This document shows, piece by piece, positions 1 through 9,070 of a stretch of DNA of 32,000 nucleotides. Source of the stretch: Vibrio alginolyticus NBRC 15630 = ATCC 17749 (GTDB lineage Bacteria > Pseudomonadota > Gammaproteobacteria > Enterobacterales > Vibrionaceae); assembly GCF_000354175.2 (NCBI RefSeq), contig NC_022349.1:2760001-2792000 (forward strand). The letters run 5' to 3'. Below the pieces are notes generated by a model, which was not told the DNA's origin, did not search any database, and worked only from the letters and a program-made list of their open reading frames with translations. A program made the position numbers and the translations under genes. Positions within the stretch are counted from its first letter, which is position 1, and each line of letters opens with the position of its first letter.

Positions 1-1
1 G

Positions 2-712
2 GCGCCACAAGTTGAGGTTTTAAGCCAGTCATTCCGTTGTATTGTGCCAGATCTTTGGGCACATGGTGAATCGGACGCTGCACCTGCATCGACACAGTCA
101 TTGGCCGACTATGCACAACATATGTTGGCATTGATGGATCATTTAGATATCGAAGAATTCTCGATAGTGGGCTTATCTGTTGGCGGCATGTGGGGAGCTG
201 AGCTAACGGCTCAAGCGCCGCAACGTGTTAAGTCACTGGTATTGATGGATACCTTCATTGGCTGGGAGCCAGAAGTTACGTATAAAAAGTATTTTGCAAT
301 GCTTGATACCATCAGCCAAGTCCAAGCAGTGCCTGCGCCAATTATTGAAGCCGTTGTGCCGCTGTTCTTTGCCAACAACGTCAATCAGGATAACCCTAAA
401 CTTGTCGCTTCATTCAAACGCAGTTTAGAAGAGCTGAACGGTGAGCGTGCGGTGGAAGTAGCTCGCATGGGGCGCATGGTGTTTGGTCGCCGTGATGTGA
501 TTGAAGATTCGGAAAAATTCGCTCTGCCGACGTTAATTGCGGTGGGCTGTGAAGATAAGCCTCGCCCGGTTTTCGAATCGTATTTAATGAAAGACTGTAT
601 CACGGGCAGTGAGTTGGTAGAAATTCCGCAAGCGGGACACATCAGTTGTTTAGAACAGCCGGAGTTCGTCAACCAAATGTTGTTGAACTTCCTGAATCGA
701 GTTCATGCGTAA
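2..712 (+). CDS. alpha/beta-fold hydrolase, 5' end cut by window edge
   Basis: The reading frame is open from base 2 (APQVEVLSQSFRCIVPDLWAHGES...), so the GTG at 44 in the ORF track is internal. It has a G-L-S-V-G-G nucleophile elbow (GxSxG) and a C-terminal AGHISCLEQPE His motif, both typical of the alpha/beta hydrolase fold. The stop codon is followed by a hairpin terminator. Confidence 0.8.
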   Translation, partial: APQVEVLSQSFRCIVPDLWAHGESDAAPASTQSLADYAQHMLALMDHLDIEEFSIVGLSVGGMWGAELTAQAPQRVKSLVLMDTFIGWEPEVTYKKYFAMLDTISQVQAVPAPIIEAVVPLFFANNVNQDNPKLVASFKRSLEELNGERAVEVARMGRMVFGRRDVIEDSEKFALPTLIAVGCEDKPRPVFESYLMKDCITGSELVEIPQAGHISCLEQPEFVNQMLLNFLNRVHA

Positions 713-734
713 CCAATGCATCCCTCTTTAAACG

Positions 735-763
735 AAAAACTCGGCATTAAGCCGAGTTTTTTT
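735..763. terminator. bidirectional intrinsic terminator shared by the hydrolase gene and plsY
   Basis: AAAAACTCGGC (735-745) pairs with GCCGAGTTTTT (751-761) around loop ATTAA. There is an A-run on the left and a T-run on the right. The plsY stop codon (747-749, minus strand) lies in the loop. Confidence 0.8.
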
Positions 764-1358
764 GTGTCAGTTTCTTCTCGCCGATTTTTGGCTCGTCGCC
801 AGACAAAAGCCGACGAATATTTTGATGATGCTTAAATACGATTAAGCAACACAGCATAGCAACAGGTAACGTGTATTGCGGTTTAAACATCCAAGTATAA
901 AACGGAGTGACCAAAACCGTGACGAGAGCCGCTAAGGATGAATAGCGGAATAGCGCGGCTACTGACAGCCAAGTTAACATCACCAATCCTGTTAAGTCCA
1001 AACCAATCGGAGCGATAGCGCCAAGCGCGGTTGCGACACCTTTTCCGCCTTTAAAGTGGAAAAAGATGGGGTACATGTGGCCAAGACAGGCAGCAATGGC
1101 GATGACGCCAAGAATGATAGGGTCGATACCAAGAAAGTATCCGCCCCACACGGGGATAGTGCCTTTGAGCATATCGCACAACAAGACTGAAACAGCGGCT
1201 CCTCGTCCGCCAATACGCAATACGTTCGTTGCTCCAGGATTGTTAGATCCCACACTGCGTGGGTCTGGCAGTTTTAAGAGTCGACAGATCAAAACCGCAC
1301 TGGAAACCGAACCTAATAAATAGGCGGCCATTGTCATTATCAGTGCCAGTGCGTCCAT
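747..1358 (-). CDS. plsY: glycerol-3-phosphate acyltransferase PlsY (acyl-phosphate dependent)
   Basis: 203-aa polytopic membrane ORF. It carries the SNNPGATNV and FKGGKGVAT motifs characteristic of PlsY/YgiH. It is divergent from folB, as in E. coli. Confidence 0.93.
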   Translation of the reverse strand: MDALALIMTMAAYLLGSVSSAVLICRLLKLPDPRSVGSNNPGATNVLRIGGRGAAVSVLLCDMLKGTIPVWGGYFLGIDPIILGVIAIAACLGHMYPIFFHFKGGKGVATALGAIAPIGLDLTGLVMLTWLSVAALFRYSSLAALVTVLVTPFYTWMFKPQYTLPVAMLCCLIVFKHHQNIRRLLSGDEPKIGEKKLTQKNSA

Positions 1359-1424
1359 AGAAGTCCTTGATGGATTGGAATTTAATGCTCGGTTCCCGCG
1401 TAGTTGCTATCATACCCCGAATTT

Positions 1425-1467
1425 ACATAATGCAGAAATCCTCACTGTGATAGAGCTTGCATTATGT
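1425..1467. repeat. perfect inverted repeat, 10-bp arms, 23-nt spacer
   Basis: ACATAATGCA (1425-1434) and TGCATTATGT (1458-1467) are exact reverse complements. No T-run follows on either strand. Confidence 0.7.
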
Positions 1468-1499
1468 GATTTCTTGTATATAAAGATGCTTTCGCAGTT

Positions 1500-1548
1500 T
1501 ATACCTAAGTAACATTGTGATGACCAAAGTAAATGTTACTTAGGTATA
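1500..1548. repeat. perfect inverted repeat, 17-bp arms, 15-nt spacer
   Basis: TATACCTAAGTAACATT (1500-1516) and AATGTTACTTAGGTATA (1532-1548) are exact reverse complements. The repeat lies 60 bp upstream of the folB ATG. It is not followed by a T-run on either strand. Confidence 0.8.
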
Positions 1549-1608
1549 GAATACTACGATCAAATTACCCCTCACGGGTATCCGACCTCTGTAATAGAAG
1601 GACATAAG

Positions 1609-1968
1609 ATGGCTCTGGATAAAGTTTTTATTGAACAGTTAGAAGTAATCACCACAATTGGCGTGTACGACTGGGAGCAACAAATCAAACAAAAGTTGGT
1701 TCTAGATATTGAAATGGCACACGATAATAAACCTGCGGGCAAAAGTGATGATGTGCAAGATGCACTGGATTATTCGCAGGTGAGTGAGGCGGTACTTAAC
1801 CACATTGAAAATGGTCGTTTCTTACTGGTCGAGCGCGTGGCTGAAGAAGTAGCAGAGCTTATCATGCTGCGTTTCTCAGTGCCTTGGGTGAAAATCCGCC
1901 TAGCGAAGCCTGGCGCCGTGCCGCAAGCACGTGCTGTTGGTGTGGTAATTGAGCGAGGCCGAGCATGA
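1609..1968 (+). CDS. folB: dihydroneopterin aldolase
   Basis: 119-aa ORF. It is near-colinear with E. coli FolB (VFIEQLxVITTIGVYDWEQ...LVERVAEEVAEL...KPGAV). An AGGA Shine-Dalgarno sequence lies upstream. Confidence 0.95.
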   Translation: MALDKVFIEQLEVITTIGVYDWEQQIKQKLVLDIEMAHDNKPAGKSDDVQDALDYSQVSEAVLNHIENGRFLLVERVAEEVAELIMLRFSVPWVKIRLAKPGAVPQARAVGVVIERGRA

Positions 1969-2447
1969 TCACCACCTATATCGGTGTTGGGACGAACGTA
2001 GAAAGAGAGCAACATGTGCTTGCTGCGTATCAGGAGCTGCAACGGCTTGGAGAAAATCTCCTCGTATCACCGATATATGAATGCGAACCTATTGGTTTTA
2101 GCAGCAAGAATTTCTACAACTTTGTCGTTGCAATGCGTACCGAGTTGTCATTAGAAGAGTTGAGCCATCAACTACGCGAGATTGAATTTAAGTGGGGACG
2201 CGAAGAAAACGCGCAAAAGTATCAGGATCGAACACTGGATCTCGATATAGTGTTGTTCGGTGAGCGCGTCTCCAAGAAAAAACCTGAGCTACCTCGCAGT
2301 GATATCTACAAATATCCTTTTGTCACAAAGCCGCTGTATGATCTCGAACCGCAATTAGTGATCCCAGGCGATGGACGCACAGTCGCAGACATTTGGCATG
2401 CTATGCAGCCAGTCGATTCGCTCAAACCCGTTTCCTTTCATTTTTAA
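1965..2447 (+). CDS. folK: 2-amino-4-hydroxy-6-hydroxymethyldihydropteridine diphosphokinase (HPPK), folK-like
   Basis: 160-aa ORF. It overlaps the folB stop in an ATGA junction (1965-1968). It has the HPPK-type G(V)GTN N-terminus and the RTLDLDI motif. Confidence 0.85.
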   Translation: MITTYIGVGTNVEREQHVLAAYQELQRLGENLLVSPIYECEPIGFSSKNFYNFVVAMRTELSLEELSHQLREIEFKWGREENAQKYQDRTLDLDIVLFGERVSKKKPELPRSDIYKYPFVTKPLYDLEPQLVIPGDGRTVADIWHAMQPVDSLKPVSFHF

Positions 2448-2461
2448 TTTGAGTTGTTTAC

Positions 2462-3265
2462 ATGAGTTATTTTGAAGCCTTTATTTTGGCTCTGATTCAG
2501 GGGCTGACAGAGTTTTTGCCTATTTCAAGCTCTGCCCATTTGATCCTGCCTTCCGCTATTTTAGGATGGGAAGACCAAGGTCTAGCCTTTGATGTTGCTG
2601 TTCACGTCGGTACATTAATGGCTGTCGTGATCTATTTTCGTCATGAAGTAATCACTTTGTTTCAAGCGTTATTTGCTTCGATCTTTAAAGGAGATCGCAG
2701 TAAAGAAGCTAAATTGGCTTGGATGATCGTGATTGCGACGATTCCAGCTTGTGTGTTCGGCTTATTGATGAAAGACATCATTGAAGTGTATCTACGTAGC
2801 GCTTACGTCATCGCGACTACTACGATCGTATTTGGCCTGTTGCTATGGTGGGTAGACAAAAACGCTAAACTCGTTGCCGATGAATACCAAACGGGTTGGA
2901 AGAAAGCTGTATTTATCGGTATTGCTCAAGCCTTAGCGATGATTCCTGGAACTTCACGTTCAGGGGCGACCATCACAGCAGCGCTTTACCTTGGCTTTAC
3001 TCGAGAAGCGGCTGCCCGATTTTCGTTTTTAATGTCGATCCCAATCATTACATTAGCTGGTAGCTACTTAGGCATGAAGTTAGTGACCAGTGGTGAACCT
3101 GTCCATGTTGGTTTCTTAATGACTGGCATTATCACATCGTTTATCAGTGCGTACATCTGTATCCACTTCTTCTTGAAGATGATTTCACGAATGGGCATGA
3201 CACCGTTTGTGATTTACCGTCTCATTTTGGGCGTCGGTTTGTTCGCTTTTCTATTAAGTGCATAA
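2462..3265 (+). CDS. uppP: undecaprenyl-diphosphate phosphatase
   Basis: 267-aa polytopic ORF with the UppP/BacA motifs [14 protein letters not shown] and PGTSRSG. Confidence 0.95.
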   Translation: MSYFEAFILALIQGLTEFLPISSSAHLILPSAILGWEDQGLAFDVAVHVGTLMAVVIYFRHEVITLFQALFASIFKGDRSKEAKLAWMIVIATIPACVFGLLMKDIIEVYLRSAYVIATTTIVFGLLLWWVDKNAKLVADEYQTGWKKAVFIGIAQALAMIPGTSRSGATITAALYLGFTREAAARFSFLMSIPIITLAGSYLGMKLVTSGEPVHVGFLMTGIITSFISAYICIHFFLKMISRMGMTPFVIYRLILGVGLFAFLLSA

Positions 3266-3277
3266 TTGATGTTAACG

Positions 3278-3308
3278 AAAAACGCCCGCGAAATCCGCGG
3301 GCGTTTTT
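3278..3308. terminator. bidirectional intrinsic terminator between uppP and cca
   Basis: A perfect 13-bp stem: AAAAACGCCCGCG (3278-3290) pairs with CGCGGGCGTTTTT (3296-3308), loop AAATC. Confidence 0.9.
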
Positions 3309-3317
3309 GTTTGTTCG

Positions 3318-4538
3318 TTACTTCTTAAGTGCTGCTTTCACTGCTTCAATACGTCGTTTTTCTTGCTCGTCACGAATCGCAGGGCCTTTAAAGCCCTCTT
3401 TGATAATGGCTTGAACGTCAACTGCCGCTGCTGCTTGGTAGGCTTGCCTAAAAATATCCGCCTGTGGATATGGTTGCGTTTCCAGTCCTTTACGACCAGC
3501 GTGATCCGCTTGGCAGCAAAGCAAGATATCTTGCAGACGTTCGGACTTACGCCACACATCAAGTTTATTGAGTATTTTAATTATGGTTTGTGGTTTAAGT
3601 TCAGCCGCGCGATGAATATTGGAGTGCTGTTCGCACACCATCAAGGCTAAATCACGAAACTCATTTGGTACCCGGACACGTTCGCACAGCTTTTTGATCA
3701 GTTTTAATCCTGTATGGCAATGCATTTTGTGGCTTGGCCATTCGCTCTCTGGCGTCACGCCCTTACCCAAGTCATGCACTTGGGCGGCAAACCTGACGGG
3801 GAGTGAGTTACTCAATTTTGCGGCTTGCTCTGCCACCATCAAAGTATGGATGCCAGTATCGATTTCTGGATGCCACTTCTCAGGTTGAGGTACGCCAAAT
3901 AGTGCATCAATTTCAGGTAACACCACGGTTAATGCACCACAGTCTCGTAGAACCGATAAGAAAATATCAGGGCGAGGAGTAGAGAGAGATTTATGCCATT
4001 CTTGCCAAACACGCTCGGGAGTCAGTGTGCTCAGCTCTCCGGACTCTGCCATGTGACGCATTAACCGCATGGTTTCGTCGGCAACCGTAAAGTTTAGATC
4101 AGCAAGCTTCGCTGCGAAGCGAGCGACACGTAAAACGCGTAGAGGGTCTTCAATAAAGGCGTCTGATACATGGCGTAGCAGTTTATCGTTGAGATCTTGC
4201 TGGCCACCATATGGGTCATGGATCGTGCCATCACTCTCCATTGCCATCGCGTTAATGGTTAAATCACGACGTATCAAATCTTCTTCTAAGGTGACGTTTT
4301 GATCGAAGAAACATTCAAAACCAGTGTAACCAGAACCTGACTTTCTCTCTGTTCGTGCAAGGGCATATTCTTCTTTACTTTTGGGATGCAGAAATACAGG
4401 AAAGTCTTTACCAACGGCGGTGTATCCTTGGGACAGCATCATCTCGGGCGTCGCGCCTACGACCACCCAGTCGTTGTCATAACTATCAATTCCGAGCAAT
4501 TTATCTCGAACTGCGCCACCTACTAAATAAACTTGCAC
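3318..4538 (-). CDS. cca: multifunctional CCA-adding tRNA nucleotidyltransferase / phosphohydrolase
   Basis: 406-aa ORF. It has the N-terminal [10 protein letters not shown] nucleotidyltransferase motif and a C-terminal HD domain (HDLGK). Confidence 0.95.
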   Translation of the reverse strand: MQVYLVGGAVRDKLLGIDSYDNDWVVVGATPEMMLSQGYTAVGKDFPVFLHPKSKEEYALARTERKSGSGYTGFECFFDQNVTLEEDLIRRDLTINAMAMESDGTIHDPYGGQQDLNDKLLRHVSDAFIEDPLRVLRVARFAAKLADLNFTVADETMRLMRHMAESGELSTLTPERVWQEWHKSLSTPRPDIFLSVLRDCGALTVVLPEIDALFGVPQPEKWHPEIDTGIHTLMVAEQAAKLSNSLPVRFAAQVHDLGKGVTPESEWPSHKMHCHTGLKLIKKLCERVRVPNEFRDLALMVCEQHSNIHRAAELKPQTIIKILNKLDVWRKSERLQDILLCCQADHAGRKGLETQPYPQADIFRQAYQAAAAVDVQAIIKEGFKGPAIRDEQEKRRIEAVKAALKK

Positions 4539-4675
4539 GAATTACCTCTTAATTTATGGATATGCCGTTGGACATTGTAGCAAGCAATGGTACTTTTCTT
4601 TACTCCTAAGAATAGAAGAAGAGCGTTTATACCATGTCTGACTATTCCCAGGTGGTTTTTTAGCTGGAGAGCCTA

Positions 4676-6292
4676 ATGTATAAGGACTTTTTTGGGTTTG
4701 TCGAACAACCATTTTCGATTGTTCCAAACTCACGTTATTTGTATTTAAGCCAACGTCACAAAGAGGCAATCACACATCTCCAAGCTGGGCTAGGCGATGG
4801 CGGTGGCTTTGCTATGCTTACTGGCGAAGTAGGTACAGGCAAAACGACCGTCGCAAAAGCGATGCTGGCGAATTTGGGTGATAACACCAAAGCGGGTCTT
4901 ATTCTCAATCCCACGTTTTCGAGTAGAGACTTGCTCGAAGCCATTTGCGATGAGTTCAAAATCACCTATCCGCCAGATGCAAACCTCAAACAGCTAAACC
5001 AGGTTATCCATCAATATTTGCTGCGTAATTATCGTTCAGGCTGGCAGACATTGCTGGTCATTGATGAGGCTCAACACCTTGCCGCCGACGTTCTAGAGCA
5101 GTTGCGCTTGTTGACCAACTTGGAAACCGATACCAGAAAATTGCTCAAAGTGTTGTTGGTCGGGCAGCCTGAATTGCAGCGGTTATTACAAACAACACAA
5201 CTACGCCAACTTGCCCAGCGTATTACCGGGCGTTATCACCTGTTGCCGTTGGATGAAAAAGAGACAGAAGATTACATCGCATTTCGACTACATACAGCAG
5301 GTGGCGACCAGCAACTGTTTAATCGTGCTTCTTGTAAACTTATAGCCAAATACAGTCACGGTATACCGCGGCTCATCAACCTTATCTGTGACAAATCCCT
5401 CAACATTAGTTATCACCAGGGTAATGTGGTGGTGGATAAGCAAACCGTTCAGCAGGCCTGTGAAGAGGTGATGCAGTTTCAGGCAGATATTTATCAGCAA
5501 GATAAAAAAGAGCGCCGGACTTTCCGTTGGCCTGCTTGGGGCTCTGTCACGGTAGGCCTTATTGCTGCATTAAGTACGGGGTGGGCGGTCGTGAATTATA
5601 TGCCAGCTCAAGCGACGTCAGTGTTGACACAAGTGACGGAGCCAAGAGTAGAGCCAACACCAACCGTCGTCAGCCAACAGTTAACGGATGAGCAGCGTGC
5701 TTTATTGTTAACACAAAAACAGTCGAACCTCGCTGTAAATGATTTGTATCGTTTGTGGGGGTATCAAGCATCGGTTCGCGATAACCTTTGTTTGTCAGAA
5801 CCGCAGTCGACTATGCGTTGTGAGCGTAAAATGGCGACTTGGCCGCTGTTGATGCAACAAAATCGCCCTGTGATCTTGGAGTTGAATTATCAAGGTGATG
5901 TTGGGTATGTCATTCTATATGCCGTCGGTAATGACCAAGCTGAAGTGCTCAATGGTAAGCAGCGTCTCCGTCTGCCAATTTCATGGTTAAAGCCGTTGTG
6001 GCAGGGCAATATTATCGAACTGTGGCATGCTCCGCTGAATGAAACATTACGTTTAGACATGGAAGGCCCTGCGATTGAAGTATTAGACCGATTATTAGCA
6101 GAAGCGGTGAGTGAGCCACTGCTTGAAACGTCTATTTTTGATGGTGCGATGAAAGAGCGAGTCGAGTTATTTCAACGCTGGCAAGGAATTGGTGTCGATG
6201 GTATTGCAGGTAAGCGAACGCTAGACCGACTTCAGCAAAATGTTCAGCCAGATGCGCCTCAACTGGCGAGAATAGAGAAGGAGGACGCATAA
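4676..6292 (+). CDS. gspA: ExeA/GspA-type AAA ATPase with C-terminal peptidoglycan-binding domain (T2SS secretin assembly factor)
   Basis: 538-aa ORF. It has Walker A GEVGTGKTT, Walker B LLVIDEAQ and a central TM segment. The C-terminal WQGIGVDGIAGKRTLDRL is a PG_binding_1-type motif. A GGAGAG Shine-Dalgarno sequence lies upstream of the ATG. Confidence 0.8.
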   Translation: MYKDFFGFVEQPFSIVPNSRYLYLSQRHKEAITHLQAGLGDGGGFAMLTGEVGTGKTTVAKAMLANLGDNTKAGLILNPTFSSRDLLEAICDEFKITYPPDANLKQLNQVIHQYLLRNYRSGWQTLLVIDEAQHLAADVLEQLRLLTNLETDTRKLLKVLLVGQPELQRLLQTTQLRQLAQRITGRYHLLPLDEKETEDYIAFRLHTAGGDQQLFNRASCKLIAKYSHGIPRLINLICDKSLNISYHQGNVVVDKQTVQQACEEVMQFQADIYQQDKKERRTFRWPAWGSVTVGLIAALSTGWAVVNYMPAQATSVLTQVTEPRVEPTPTVVSQQLTDEQRALLLTQKQSNLAVNDLYRLWGYQASVRDNLCLSEPQSTMRCERKMATWPLLMQQNRPVILELNYQGDVGYVILYAVGNDQAEVLNGKQRLRLPISWLKPLWQGNIIELWHAPLNETLRLDMEGPAIEVLDRLLAEAVSEPLLETSIFDGAMKERVELFQRWQGIGVDGIAGKRTLDRLQQNVQPDAPQLARIEKEDA

Positions 6293-6978
6293 TGTCAGCT
6301 GTGAAACATATAGGTCTGTTCTTGCTGCCAATCACTGCTTCTGCTATTGGAGTCGCTTGGTACTTAGATCTCTTTGCACCGAGTGTTGAAGTAGATACAA
6401 CGTCCCCGATAGAAAAGGTCGAAGTGGTATCACCTTTCAAAGTATTAGACTATCCAGAGAACACCCAGTTGGCCCAATTGCCAAGAGAGTGGCCAAGTGC
6501 AGAGCTATCGCGTGATTTTGGTACATTTACCACCCCCGATGAATACACGAGCCATACACCAAGCAGAGATGAAACACGCAACTCAGCATCAACCCAAACG
6601 ACTTCTCCTGCTGAAGAGGACCTCGGGTTGTCTTTGGATGATCTGGATTTATCCTCATTATCTCCTGATTTAGCTAGGAAGGTCGAAAATGCCTTATCCC
6701 GAGATGATGACAACTCTTCATCACAAACGGCACGCGTGAACGATTTAGAGCGCAACGCTCACCAGTGGCAAGGGCGTCTACCTGCGCTTAATTTGCAAAC
6801 CCATATGTACGCTAGTGATGAAAATCGCCGTTGGGTGAAAATTAACAATGTTGAGTATCATCAAGGGGATGTCGTTGATGATCAGGTCACTCTAAGAGAA
6901 ATACAACCGCAAGCTGTGATTGTTGAGTTCCAAGGTGAGCAAATTCGTATACCAGCGTTGTATGAGTGGAAAGGCTAA
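6292..6978 (+). CDS. gspB: ExeB/GspB-type type II secretion accessory protein
   Basis: 228-aa ORF that overlaps the gspA stop by 1 nt (TAATG). It has an N-terminal TM anchor and an acidic Ser/Asp-rich linker. The conserved C-terminal block (RLPALNLQTHMYASD...WVKINN...GD) resembles the T2SS protein B family. Confidence 0.7.
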   Translation: MSAVKHIGLFLLPITASAIGVAWYLDLFAPSVEVDTTSPIEKVEVVSPFKVLDYPENTQLAQLPREWPSAELSRDFGTFTTPDEYTSHTPSRDETRNSASTQTTSPAEEDLGLSLDDLDLSSLSPDLARKVENALSRDDDNSSSQTARVNDLERNAHQWQGRLPALNLQTHMYASDENRRWVKINNVEYHQGDVVDDQVTLREIQPQAVIVEFQGEQIRIPALYEWKG

Positions 6979-6996
6979 CTCTTGTAGAAACACATC

Positions 6997-7031
6997 AAGC
7001 CAGCGAAATCATATCGCTGGCTTTTTATTTT
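6997..7031 (+). terminator. intrinsic terminator after gspB
   Basis: AAGCCAGCGA (6997-7006) pairs with TCGCTGGCTT (7014-7023) and is followed by TTTTATTTTT. Confidence 0.85.
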
Positions 7032-7251
7032 TCAGAGCATCTTTTGCATCTATTCTGGTGATGATTTTTAGATACTCAAACAAGCAAAATATAGCTTTTC
7101 TCAGTCGTTTAAATAGCACCAATATCATTCATCTATTGATAGCGCGATTCCAGTCAGCGTTGTGTAAAAAGACACCATTTTCACGAACTTCGGAGTAATG
7201 ACTTGGTCCACGTTAGACCCCATCACATAATAGGAGTCTAAACAGAGACAC

Positions 7252-8982
7252 ATGCGTATTCTGATTTTTTCTTTAAGCATTGTTGCATCGACAAGCTATG
7301 CAGCAAAGCCAGACCCATTCCCAGTTACACCAGATAGTCGCGGGCAAGATTTCATGGTCAGTGCGACGAATCCTTACGTGAGCAGTACCGGTTACTCAAT
7401 ATTGAAAGAAGGCGGTAACGCTGTTGATGCCATGGTCGCGATGCAGATGGTGATGTCTGTCGTTGAGCCAGATATGACCGGAATTGGCGGCGGGACTTTC
7501 GCGCTGTTTTATCAACATGACGAGAAAAAATTTCTGGCCCTTGATGGTCGAGATGAAGCGCCCTCTAGCGCGAACCCTGAAATGTTTGTTGAGAATGGGG
7601 AAGTACTCAGTCGCAACGAAATATTAGGCCCTCGTTCTGTTGCGGTTCCGGGCACGTTGCGGTTGCTTTACACCACTCATGAACAATACGGCAAGTTGCC
7701 ATGGGCAGAGCTGATTAAGCCGGCGATTACATTGGCGAGCAATGGGTACGCGATGAACAGCTACACCTACGACATCGTAGTAAGAGAGCAAAGCCGACTT
7801 GAGCAAGATCCGGAAGTGAAAGCCTTGTATTGGCAAGGGGACGATATTAAGCCGACGGGAACCTTGATGAAGAACCCTAAGATGGCTGAGACGCTGAGGA
7901 AGATCGCGCAACAAGGCGATAGTTACCTTTATGGTGGTGAGCTTGGTCAGCACATCGTAGAGACGGTTAATAGTCGTATTGACGACCAACACGAGAAGTT
8001 GTCTTTAGAAGATTTTAAACATTACCAAGTGAAGCAGCGTGACATCATTGAGAGCGACTACCGTGGGAATAAAATCGTCTCTTTTGGTTACCCTGCATCC
8101 GGTGGTCTGATGGTCTCCCAAAGCCTTGAGCTACTTGAGCCTTACGAACTCTCACAAATGGCGAAGACGGATGTTGAGCCTTGGCGCTTAATGACTGAGG
8201 CGATGCGCATTGCTAAGGCTGACCGTATCGCGTATGCCGGCGACCCAGATTTTGTCGAAGCGCCAACGGGTGAATTGCTGTCCAGAGAGTACTTGGATGA
8301 GCGTCGTGGACTTATTCCAAGTGAAGGGGTAGCAAAAGAGAATCCAAAAGCAGGGCACGTCACCGCAACACAATACGCGCAGTACCAAGGTTTTGAGAGC
8401 AAAGATACAGGGCATATTTCTATCGTCGATAGAGATGGAAATGCAATAGCAATGACTAGTACGGTAGGAACGGGTATGGGCTCGGGTGTGATGGTCGATG
8501 GCGTTATCTTGAACGCGCAGATGGCTAACTTCTCACCTCTGCCAACGGTTAACGGCAAACCTACGCAAAACTCAATTGAAGCGGGCAAGCGTCCACGTTC
8601 GGCTATTACGCCATTAATGGTGATGGACAGTGATGATAATTTGCGTTTGGTGGTTGGGTCACCAGGTAGTTCACAAATCCCGGGGTATGTACTAAAAACC
8701 GTGGTTGGGGTGCTGGATTGGAACTTATCAGCGCAAGAGGCTATTGACTTACCAAACATCCAGTATGGCACTAAGATAGACCGCACCAAGTCTTATGACC
8801 CGACTGGTTTGCTGGTGGAAAAGAAAACGTTCGCAGAAATGTTGGTGCCTGAGTTTATGGAGCTTGGCTACCCAGTGCACGTTATTCCAGTGGTAAGCGG
8901 TTTGAATGCAATTGAGCTAAAAGATGGCAAGCTTTATGGCGCAACGGATCGTCGTCGAGCCTCTAGTTCAATGGGGGAGTAG
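7252..8982 (+). CDS. ggt: gamma-glutamyltransferase (periplasmic, autoprocessing Ntn hydrolase)
   Basis: 576-aa ORF with a signal peptide (MRILIFSLSIVASTSYA-AK). The Ntn autoprocessing site is D-T386-GHISIVDRDGNAIAMTSTVG. The C-terminal GSPGSSQIP block is conserved in the GGT family. Confidence 0.9.
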   Translation: MRILIFSLSIVASTSYAAKPDPFPVTPDSRGQDFMVSATNPYVSSTGYSILKEGGNAVDAMVAMQMVMSVVEPDMTGIGGGTFALFYQHDEKKFLALDGRDEAPSSANPEMFVENGEVLSRNEILGPRSVAVPGTLRLLYTTHEQYGKLPWAELIKPAITLASNGYAMNSYTYDIVVREQSRLEQDPEVKALYWQGDDIKPTGTLMKNPKMAETLRKIAQQGDSYLYGGELGQHIVETVNSRIDDQHEKLSLEDFKHYQVKQRDIIESDYRGNKIVSFGYPASGGLMVSQSLELLEPYELSQMAKTDVEPWRLMTEAMRIAKADRIAYAGDPDFVEAPTGELLSREYLDERRGLIPSEGVAKENPKAGHVTATQYAQYQGFESKDTGHISIVDRDGNAIAMTSTVGTGMGSGVMVDGVILNAQMANFSPLPTVNGKPTQNSIEAGKRPRSAITPLMVMDSDDNLRLVVGSPGSSQIPGYVLKTVVGVLDWNLSAQEAIDLPNIQYGTKIDRTKSYDPTGLLVEKKTFAEMLVPEFMELGYPVHVIPVVSGLNAIELKDGKLYGATDRRRASSSMGE

Positions 8983-9010
8983 TACTCACTTCTATCAAAC
9001 GAAGCAAACT

Positions 9011-9040
9011 AAAAAGCCAGTCAATATCGACTGGCTTTTG
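9011..9040. terminator. bidirectional intrinsic terminator between ggt and the ygiM-like gene
   Basis: AAAAGCCAGTC (9012-9022) pairs with GACTGGCTTTT (9029-9039), loop AATATC. Confidence 0.88.
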
Positions 9041-9070
9041 CGTTCTTTTTAAAGATAAAAGCGTAAGGGT

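Noticed and set aside
992-1323. 87-aa (minus) and 85-aa (plus) ORFs overlapping plsY
   Set aside because: They are alternative frames of the plsY coding sequence, and PlsY motifs clearly identify the real frame.
6920-7198. 92-aa plus-strand ORF spanning the gspB 3' end, its terminator and the AT-rich ggt upstream spacer
   Set aside because: It crosses a strong intrinsic terminator, is Phe/Ser/Ile-rich as expected for AT-rich noncoding DNA, and has no Shine-Dalgarno sequence.
8142-8789. 215-aa minus-strand ORF, plus 75-aa and 122-aa ORFs, antisense to ggt
   Set aside because: They lie entirely inside a confidently identified GGT coding region. The composition is not protein-like (Ser/Pro/Cys-rich), there is no Shine-Dalgarno sequence, and long antisense ORFs are expected by chance opposite a long gene.
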